From: Candidatus Aenigmatarchaeota archaeon
GTDB lineage: Archaea > Aenigmatarchaeota > Aenigmatarchaeia > CG10238-14 > WAMV01
Reading direction: 5' to 3'
DNA: 64,000 nt
Assembly: GCA_015522145.1 (NCBI GenBank)
Contig: WAMV01000007.1
Location: 15,470-79,469 of the forward strand
Part shown: positions 57,060 through 64,000 of the stretch, in pieces
Position numbering within the stretch: the first letter of the stretch is position 1
How the letters are laid out: each line of letters begins with the position of its first letter
Notes under the pieces: model-generated
Seen by the model: only the letters and a program-made list of their open reading frames with translations
Told to the model about the DNA's origin: nothing
The model's database searches: none
Program-made: the position numbers and the translations under genes

Positions 57060-57919
57060 TCTCCCTTCGGCGTGCTAGCTTTTACTAAATATAAAAATGC
57101 CAAAGATACTGCTGGAAGGAAAACAAACATAAGGATGAACTGGAATATAACTATATCAGTTATGACGCCTCCTATAATTGAGATTATGGATGTTAATATG
57201 GTAAAGAATATTGCTCCTAAAACTATTGCTGTCAGATAAATTTCTATGTAAATGGTTAGGTTTTTAGAAAATTCATAAAGTTCACGTCTGTAATCATCCA
57301 TCAAACTTCTTGATTTTTGCTCCAAAAATTCTCCTAGGTCTGCACCACTTTTCAAAACACTAAGTATACCAACCAGAACATCTGATAACTGCTTAGATGG
57401 TGAGCGCTTTATAGCATTTTCCAATGCAGTATTTATATCCAAACCAAAAAATTCTATATCATTAATGATATCTTCAAATTCCTCGACTATTTCTTCGTAC
57501 CTTCCGAACTTTGTAAAAATTTTTATGCCTTCGACAAAAGAAATTCTGCTCTTCATTATGGCTGATAGGTAAAGCATGGCAAAAGGTAATGATTGATTTA
57601 TCTTTCTAGATCTCATAGAAACCAGTATTTTTGGATAGTTCAGAAAAAAGAAAAATATTAGAACGGCAAAAACAATGCTAGTAGTTATAGAAAAAATGAA
57701 AGAGAACAAAAAAGTAGCAAAAAACAATCCATAGAAAAATGAGAAAACCGGTAAGCTGAGCAAGAATGCTACGAAAGATACGAAAATCGCTATGCTCAAA
57801 TATTCAGAAGGTGAATACCTTAATTTGCTCTTAACTAAATCATCCTTTATTTCTGGAAATAGCTTTATCAGAGGCTCGGTATACGCACTAAACATTTTAA
57901 ATGCAATGCTTTTTATCAT
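57056..57919 (-). CDS. type IV pilus membrane platform protein (TadC/T2SSF family)
   Basis: LPFA, RSPS and SGADL motifs; TM helices. Confidence 0.88.
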   Translation of the reverse strand: MIKSIAFKMFSAYTEPLIKLFPEIKDDLVKSKLRYSPSEYLSIAIFVSFVAFLLSLPVFSFFYGLFFATFLFSFIFSITTSIVFAVLIFFFFLNYPKILVSMRSRKINQSLPFAMLYLSAIMKSRISFVEGIKIFTKFGRYEEIVEEFEDIINDIEFFGLDINTALENAIKRSPSKQLSDVLVGILSVLKSGADLGEFLEQKSRSLMDDYRRELYEFSKNLTIYIEIYLTAIVLGAIFFTILTSIISIIGGVITDIVIFQFILMFVFLPAVSLAFLYLVKASTPKGE

Positions 57920-57920
57920 T

Positions 57921-59642
57921 TCAACTACCTCTTATAGCTGCCAACAGCCTAGATGGGTAAGCGTAATACATTTTGAAGACTTTGTAAACATCTCTGTAGT
58001 CTGTTATGTTTTTGTCTTTCATCCACTTTAGTATCATAACCCTTCTTTTAAACTCTTCCATTATTTCCTCTTTGCTTAGACCAAAGTCTTCCGCTATTTT
58101 TTCCAGAACATGGCTTTTGGATATTATGTTGAAGGTATCCTGGCTTGCGTCCCATTTGAAAAGTAAATTAAATGTTGGTTCTTCTTTTTCTTTGTCATAG
58201 CCTGTAATCTCTAGCACTTCTCTAACCTTTCTTACAAATTTATTTCTATACAAGGTTCTGGAAACAAATACAACGCAATCAAGAGCTTCTATCAAGCTAG
58301 GTGGTAGAGATATTGGTGGTGTGGTAAGCCTGTCTATAAGCCTGTATAAATTTTCAGCATGTATGGTAGCTAGGGATGGATGGCCAGTAGCCATCTGCTG
58401 GAAAAGTATGTAAGCCTCTTTACCCCTAACTTCTCCAAGAATTATATAGTCAGGTCTTTGTCTGAAGCTTGCCTTCAACAAATCAAATAAATCTATCTCT
58501 CCTTTTTTGCCAGAAGATATTGGCGTCCTTGCTACCATTGGGACCCAGTGTGTATGGGGTAGTTGTAGTTCAGCTGTATCTTCTATAGACACAATTTTTC
58601 TGTCCGGTCTTATGAATAAAGATAGTACATTCAACAAAGTGGTTTTGCCTGATGCTGTACCTCCAGCAATCAAAACGTTTCTTCCATAATCAACTATAAG
58701 CCATAGATAAGCCAAAACCTTTTCATCAAGCGTTCTGTACTTCAATAAATGTATTGGCGTTAAAGGTGTTTTAGTAAACTTTCTTATGGTAAAATTGCTC
58801 CCTTTTCTAGCAATATCTGTTGCTAACGTGGCTTGTAGTCTGCTACCATCTGGTAAAGTGCCATCAACAAGGGGCTCGGCAACAGATATGGATTTGCCGC
58901 ATAATTGAGCAAGTCTAACCACAAAAGCATCAAGCTCATCCCTATCTTTAAATACAACATTGGTCTCCACTGTGCCTATCATTGGATTTCTGTGAAATAC
59001 GTGAATTGGTATGTTGACGCCATCGCAGCTTATATCCTCTATTTCCTCATCCTGCATTAAAGGTTCTATTTTACCCAACCCTACAAAATCTCTAGTTATG
59101 TAATACATTAAGATATCTTTTTCTTCACTAGTTAAGTTGAATCCGAACTGCTTTATTATGTCGCTAGCCTCTTTCTTTAAATATTCTATTGCTTCTTCCC
59201 TCTTTATTTTTCTGAAATCTACGTTAAGCCTGGTTTCCAAAATTTCTTTAACTTTGTTCATAGCATAACTTATTTTTTTGTCTATAGCAGGTTCTATAAC
59301 ATTATAAACGTACTTCTGCTCCTCTTTATTCCAGATTATTTCTGCATAAGCAAAAACTTTCTCTCCTTTTTTGGGTTTTTTAGGTATGAGGGGATATTTT
59401 ATCCTTAATTTTTGTATTGGTTTTGGCTCTGGAGGAGATACGACATCAATCATTTCTGGTAGCTCAATACCTTCAGCTTTTACAATTTTGATTTCTTTCT
59501 TTTTCTGCTGAGTGGGTTGTTGAACAAATGGGATAAAAATTTGCTGTGCTATTTGAGGTTGTTGAATCATAACTTCTTTTTTCTTTTCTGATAGTTTTTT
59601 GTAACCTTCTACAAATTTATTGAAAATTTTTTTGGCTTTCAT
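57921..59642 (-). CDS. type IV pilus assembly ATPase (VirB11/TadA/FlaI family)
   Basis: IEDISCDG, GGTASGKTT, SIEDT, RQRPD, GEVRG and TGH motifs. Confidence 0.95.
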   Translation of the reverse strand: MKAKKIFNKFVEGYKKLSEKKKEVMIQQPQIAQQIFIPFVQQPTQQKKKEIKIVKAEGIELPEMIDVVSPPEPKPIQKLRIKYPLIPKKPKKGEKVFAYAEIIWNKEEQKYVYNVIEPAIDKKISYAMNKVKEILETRLNVDFRKIKREEAIEYLKKEASDIIKQFGFNLTSEEKDILMYYITRDFVGLGKIEPLMQDEEIEDISCDGVNIPIHVFHRNPMIGTVETNVVFKDRDELDAFVVRLAQLCGKSISVAEPLVDGTLPDGSRLQATLATDIARKGSNFTIRKFTKTPLTPIHLLKYRTLDEKVLAYLWLIVDYGRNVLIAGGTASGKTTLLNVLSLFIRPDRKIVSIEDTAELQLPHTHWVPMVARTPISSGKKGEIDLFDLLKASFRQRPDYIILGEVRGKEAYILFQQMATGHPSLATIHAENLYRLIDRLTTPPISLPPSLIEALDCVVFVSRTLYRNKFVRKVREVLEITGYDKEKEEPTFNLLFKWDASQDTFNIISKSHVLEKIAEDFGLSKEEIMEEFKRRVMILKWMKDKNITDYRDVYKVFKMYYAYPSRLLAAIRGS

Positions 59643-60064
59643 GCAACAACTACCCTTAAATAATTTTGTATTTTATCAATACTAAAGATTTTGTTTTTTG
59701 CCACAGAGTAAATATTAGAAGAAATTGTATAGATTTTGTTCAGGTTGTTTATTTTATCGTTAACGCTTACAATTCTTAGGCTTTCACATACTAACTCGTT
59801 ATTTACGCTAGAAAGTTTGTAAGCATTTCCAAGCATCTTTTCAGGCAAAGTTATAGATAAGTTAGCTACTTGGCAAATACTACAGGATTCAAAGTTAATT
59901 GCTTCGACAGCCAAATAATTACAAACTATTCTCATCGCATTTTCCTGGTTGGTTTTTCTAAAATTATTGGCATAAAAATCAAAAACGCCCGTAACAAGAG
60001 AAAAAACGCTTAACCCTATAACAAAGAACAATAAAAATTGTAGCACTAAAGCTTGGCTTTTCAT
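59639..60064 (-). CDS. pilin-like protein
   Basis: MKS|QALVLQF followed by a hydrophobic helix. Confidence 0.7.
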   Translation of the reverse strand: MKSQALVLQFLLFFVIGLSVFSLVTGVFDFYANNFRKTNQENAMRIVCNYLAVEAINFESCSICQVANLSITLPEKMLGNAYKLSSVNNELVCESLRIVSVNDKINNLNKIYTISSNIYSVAKNKIFSIDKIQNYLRVVVA

Positions 60065-60672
60065 GATAATAAAACTATAACCTCAGTTTCTATTAATTGT
60101 TGGGTTTGGAAAGTGTTGCCCCTGTTCAAAATTATTAAATTGCCAGAACTTTTAGAAGGTCCTCCAGGATTTCGTACTAGCTTTATCCTGTAAGTTTTGT
60201 CTGTTGCTTGGTCTACCAAATCTCTAAGATAAACCCTGTAGCTTATTTCATAACCATCTGTAACGTTTTTAGATTGGACGCAAACAACAGTAGCCCTATC
60301 TTTACCAACTATACCGCTTGCTGGTGGACAAGAGGCACCTGGCGTTAATGCAATCCAGCCTAAATCTGGTGCATAGGGCGTTGTTTTCGAGAAAAAGGAA
60401 AATTCTATGTAATTTTCGGTTTCGTTTAATCGCCAAACTCCCTTTGTTTCAAGTCTAAAAGTTTCCTCTCCTCCAAGATTGGCAACGTTTTCTATTTTAG
60501 AAGGTAAAGATAGTTCGCTTTGTTGATCAAAGAAACTTTTAACTTGATTTATTTGTGAAGAGTATTGTCTTTTTTCAATAAGCGGTCTGCCCCATAAATA
60601 AACAGCTGAAAATAAAGAAAGAGAAATGCCTACAATAATTAGAACTGCTATTATTTCGTTAACGGCTTTCAT
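60061..60672 (-). CDS. pilin-like protein
   Basis: MKA|VNEIIAVLIIVGI class III signal. Confidence 0.75.
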   Translation of the reverse strand: MKAVNEIIAVLIIVGISLSLFSAVYLWGRPLIEKRQYSSQINQVKSFFDQQSELSLPSKIENVANLGGEETFRLETKGVWRLNETENYIEFSFFSKTTPYAPDLGWIALTPGASCPPASGIVGKDRATVVCVQSKNVTDGYEISYRVYLRDLVDQATDKTYRIKLVRNPGGPSKSSGNLIILNRGNTFQTQQLIETEVIVLLS

Positions 60673-60681
60673 AAATTAAAT

Positions 60682-61110
60682 TTATTTGATTTGCTTCTTT
60701 AAAATTGGGTAAATTGGTCTTCTTAAACTTTTTTCTATTGATTGAAGCAAGGATATGATGGTTCTGTTTGCTTCAAGAAGCTTTTTGTTTGTTTCTAAGA
60801 CTTTATCTAGCTTGCTTTCTCCTTCTTGGGAAATTTCGCCCTCCTCGCTAGCAGCAGCCTTTATGTAATTTATAAGCTCTTGTATGTTTTTAATCAAATT
60901 TTCTATCTGTGGAACTAGTCTAGCAATCTCAAGCCTTAATGCATCATTAGACTTTGCAAGCTCGTCAACAATTTCCTGGTTTAATCTTATGACGCTAACC
61001 AATTCTTTGTAGAATTCTTTTGTTTCTTCATCTAGCTTTCTTTCAAGAATAGACAATTTATCTTCCAATCTTTTGAGTGGTGTTTTGGATACTATTTCAT
61101 AATCTGTCAT
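60682..61110 (-). CDS. coiled-coil hypothetical protein at the head of the pilus operon
   Basis: Heptad pattern; same strand as the pilus genes. Confidence 0.65.
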   Translation of the reverse strand: MTDYEIVSKTPLKRLEDKLSILERKLDEETKEFYKELVSVIRLNQEIVDELAKSNDALRLEIARLVPQIENLIKNIQELINYIKAAASEEGEISQEGESKLDKVLETNKKLLEANRTIISLLQSIEKSLRRPIYPILKKQIK

Positions 61111-61142
61111 TAAATAATTTTTGGATTAGCATAAATAAAAAT

Positions 61143-61571
61143 ATGAAAAAGGAAAGGTCTGCGGGCGTTGTTATATTCAGGAAAGAAGGGAAGGTGTTGA
61201 AATTTTTGTTGCTTCACTATAAGTTCAAATCTGTATACTGGGATTTTCCTAAAGGTCATATAGAGCAAGGAGAAACAGAGCTGCAAGCTGCTAAAAGAGA
61301 AGTTTATGAGGAAACTGGTATAAGAGAATTAAACTTTTTACTTGGATTTAGAACTGAATCGAGGTATTTCTTCAGAAACAACAATCAGCTTGTTGAAAAA
61401 ACTGTGGTTTATTTTCTGGCTCAGACCACGCAGAAAGAGGTTAAGATTTCTTATGAGCACATAGGCTATGGTTGGTTTAGTTATGAAGAAGCTATGAAAT
61501 TGCTTAAGCCTGAGTCGCAAAAAGTTTTGAAGAAGGCAATGGAATTTTTAGTTAAAACGGGTTTGGTTTAA
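61143..61571 (+). CDS. Nudix hydrolase (Ap4A hydrolase-like)
   Basis: [17 protein letters not shown]...REVYEETG and SYEH motifs. Confidence 0.9.
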   Translation: MKKERSAGVVIFRKEGKVLKFLLLHYKFKSVYWDFPKGHIEQGETELQAAKREVYEETGIRELNFLLGFRTESRYFFRNNNQLVEKTVVYFLAQTTQKEVKISYEHIGYGWFSYEEAMKLLKPESQKVLKKAMEFLVKTGLV

Positions 61572-63202
61572 ATTTCCTCACTTTCTCCTTTTTCTGAGCC
61601 ACCTTTACTAACCTTGGTTGCTGCTATTACGTCATCTATGCGTAATATCATCTCTGCAGCTTCTGCAGCGCTCTTGATTGCTTGGGACTTTACTTTTAAT
61701 GGTTCTACTATTCCTTTTTCTACTGCATCAACAATCTTGCCTTCAAAAACATCGACGCCTGCATTCTTATTGCCTTTGTCGTGTTCTGCTCTTAAGCTAA
61801 CCAAGATGTCTATAGAATCAAGGCCAGCATTCTCTGCCAGGCTTCTAGGTATAATCTCCAGAGCGTCTGCAAAAGCCATTACAGCAAGCTGCTCCTTGCC
61901 TGGCAAGGATTCAGCAAATTCCCTAAGCTTTCTAGCTACCTCTACCTCTGGAGCACCTGCACCAGGCACAACCTTGCCTAGCTCTAAGCTTGAGGCAACT
62001 GCACCTATTGCATCCTCTATAGCTCTGTCAACCTCATCAGTTACGTGCTCTGTTGAACCTCTTACCAAGATACTTACTGCTTTAGGATCTTTGCAACCCC
62101 TAACAAAAATTATTTCTTCACCAGCTATTCTTTTCTCCTCAACCAAAGCTGCATAGCCTAAAGCGTCTTGGCTCAAATCATCTAAGTTAGAAACGATTTT
62201 GGCGCCGGTTGCCTTTGCTAATGCTTCCATGTCGCTCTTCTTGACTCTTCTAGCTGCCAGTATGCCGTTTTTAGCAAGGTAATGCTGAGCTAAGTCATCA
62301 ATTCCTTTTTGGCAGAAAACTACGTTTGCTCCAGACTTAACGATTTTGTTGACCATTTCCATTAGCATTTTTTCTTCTTGCTCTATGAATGCCTGCAACT
62401 GTTCTGGACTTGTTATTCTTATTTGAGCGTCTGTTTCAGTTTCCTTAACCTCTAAAGGTGTGTCTATAAGGGCTATTTTAGCATCTTTAACAGCTTTAGG
62501 CATGCCTGGATGAACAACTTCTTTATCAATAACTATGCCTTCAATAAGTTCAGTTTCTTCAGCAGAAGCACCGTGTTTTTTAACACGCTTTATGTCTTCT
62601 TTGTCTATGATAACTTTACCATTCTCTATTTTAGCAACTTTCCTTACTGCATCTACAACAATTTTTGCAAGCTTGTCAGATGCTCTTTCAGCTGATTTAC
62701 CTGTCATTGCTGTCTTAGCTATTTTAATTAACATTTCTTCGTCTTCTAAACTGACTGGTATTGCCATCTCCTCCAGAACTTTCAAAGCTTCCTGCTTTGC
62801 CAAATTATAGCCATAGGTTATGACTGTTGGATGAATATCTTGATCTAGCAGTTCTTCAGCTTTCTTTAATAGTTCGCCTGCAATAACCACGCTAGTAGTT
62901 GTTCCATCTCCAACTTCCTCATTTTGAGTTTTAGCAACCTCAACAAGCATTTTTGCTGCTGGATGCTCAATTTCCATTTCTTCCAGAATAGTTACGCCAT
63001 CGTTAGTTATAACAATGTCACCAACAGAATCTACAAGCATTTTGTCCATTCCTTTTGGACCAAGAGTAGTTCTTACAGCATCTGCTATAGCCTTAGCTGC
63101 AGCTATGTTGTTGCGCTGAGCATCTCTACCAATTTGTCTAAGCGTACCTTCTGGTAAAATTAAGATTGGTTGGCCTGACAATTGTGGTTGAATCTGTGCC
63201 AT
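61568..63202 (-). CDS. ths: thermosome (group II chaperonin) subunit
   Basis: [20 protein letters not shown] and ILRIDD motifs. Confidence 0.98.
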   Translation of the reverse strand: MAQIQPQLSGQPILILPEGTLRQIGRDAQRNNIAAAKAIADAVRTTLGPKGMDKMLVDSVGDIVITNDGVTILEEMEIEHPAAKMLVEVAKTQNEEVGDGTTTSVVIAGELLKKAEELLDQDIHPTVITYGYNLAKQEALKVLEEMAIPVSLEDEEMLIKIAKTAMTGKSAERASDKLAKIVVDAVRKVAKIENGKVIIDKEDIKRVKKHGASAEETELIEGIVIDKEVVHPGMPKAVKDAKIALIDTPLEVKETETDAQIRITSPEQLQAFIEQEEKMLMEMVNKIVKSGANVVFCQKGIDDLAQHYLAKNGILAARRVKKSDMEALAKATGAKIVSNLDDLSQDALGYAALVEEKRIAGEEIIFVRGCKDPKAVSILVRGSTEHVTDEVDRAIEDAIGAVASSLELGKVVPGAGAPEVEVARKLREFAESLPGKEQLAVMAFADALEIIPRSLAENAGLDSIDILVSLRAEHDKGNKNAGVDVFEGKIVDAVEKGIVEPLKVKSQAIKSAAEAAEMILRIDDVIAATKVSKGGSEKGESEEI

Positions 63203-63236
63203 ATTAATTGTATACGTACAAACACATTTAAATTTT

Positions 63237-64000
63237 TTACGCCTCTTCTTGCAATAAATTGTGCGGTCTTTGCTTATTCAAAAAATAGAATCGCATTTCA
63301 AAGAAATTTGCGAGTTTTTCTGCTTCCTTAATTCTATCTTTATTAAGTTTAAAAGCAACAACCTCTTTCATCTTAGAAATTAGTTGTATGGGCATGTTTA
63401 TCAAAGCACTTACTTCATAGCCAAGTTCTTCAAGCATTCTGTAAAGCTCTAGCTCTTCTTTGCTTTTGGGCATTATTTTTTCAAACCTTGGCTTCATAAC
63501 TTCTTCTTTTGTTAGGGTTTTGACAAGCTTCGTATTTAAGGCTTTTTCTATTTTTCTTGCTGTCTGTATTCTTGGCCTGATTTTTCCTGACTCTATTTCG
63601 TAAAGGCATTTCTTGCTTATTCCTGTTTTATAAGAAAGTTTGGCTAGAGAAATTTTCTTTTCTTGTCTAACCCTTTTCATTTTTTCGCAATCTAACTGGA
63701 CTACATGAGCGCCTCTTACAGAATAGCTTAAAAATTCATTACGTCTTATCATCTTCTTGAATAAATTGAAGTGTAAAACAGCAACTTCGTGCCTATGATA
63801 AACCGATTTATCGCTTAACTCTTTCCTGTTATCTTTTTTGGCTACTATCAAAGGTTTTGCGTTTAAAAAATAGGAAAGTACTTTAATGTTGTTGGCTTGC
63901 CATTCTTTCAAAGCGTCTATGTTGAAAAGGGTTTTAATAATAAACTTTTCTTCTCCTTTTGTTGCCACATCAAAGCTACCAAAATAATCAAGAGTTTCAT
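63237..64000 (-). CDS. archaeal XRE/HTH transcriptional regulator; 5' end outside the window
   Basis: Frame is open to the window edge (..[13 protein letters not shown]..); NIDAL and SLAKLS..TGISKK.LYEIE HTH. Confidence 0.8.
   Translation of the reverse strand, partial: ETLDYFGSFDVATKGEEKFIIKTLFNIDALKEWQANNIKVLSYFLNAKPLIVAKKDNRKELSDKSVYHRHEVAVLHFNLFKKMIRRNEFLSYSVRGAHVVQLDCEKMKRVRQEKKISLAKLSYKTGISKKCLYEIESGKIRPRIQTARKIEKALNTKLVKTLTKEEVMKPRFEKIMPKSKEELELYRMLEELGYEVSALINMPIQLISKMKEVVAFKLNKDRIKEAEKLANFFEMRFYFLNKQRPHNLLQEEA

Noticed and set aside
61568-61620. Thermosome lacking a GGM tail
   Set aside because: Acidic tails are a known variant of group II chaperonins.
165-63157. The many 60-180 aa ORFs antisense to or nested in real genes (e.g. 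41931-42464, 61614-62156, 13677-14159)
   Set aside because: They are shadow frames of conserved genes, with Ser/Phe/Leu-rich composition and no recognisable motifs.
1-64000. CRISPR arrays, rRNA, IS elements, inteins, defence systems
   Set aside because: No regularly spaced repeats, long GC-rich RNA tracts or transposase motifs seen. aIF5B and the other usual intein hosts are normal length. HerA here sits with Mre11/Rad50, not with defence partners.

Overview
A gene-dense, AT-rich archaeal window. The compact layout, divergent housekeeping proteins and fragmented ribosomal superoperon suggest a DPANN-type lineage, possibly Aenigmarchaeota-like (inference, not determined). Contents: enolase (partial) and iPGM, two beta-CASP nucleases, SerRS and ProRS, the S10/spc ribosomal-protein cluster split into two divergent halves with unrelated genes inserted, SecY, AmmeMemoRadiSam genes, Cbf5, an intron-containing tRNA-Ser(UGA), a copper/thiol-redox cluster, SOD, EndoIV, a large surface protein, aIF5B, HerA/Rad50/Mre11, a three-gene Cys-rich 'MVGGC' cluster, proteasome beta, aCPSF1, a type IV pilus locus, thermosome and an HTH regulator (partial). 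The top observation is in the ~45 nt directly upstream of the tRNA: a box D/box C RNA whose two arms are antisense to both splice junctions of that same pre-tRNA, with the D+5 rule landing on wobble U34; the intron holds a second C/D motif. The second is an uncharacterised cluster of two membrane-anchored proteins that both end in LPxMVGGC, next to a triple-thioredoxin/cupredoxin fusion. All calls come from reading the sequence by eye; no searches were run.
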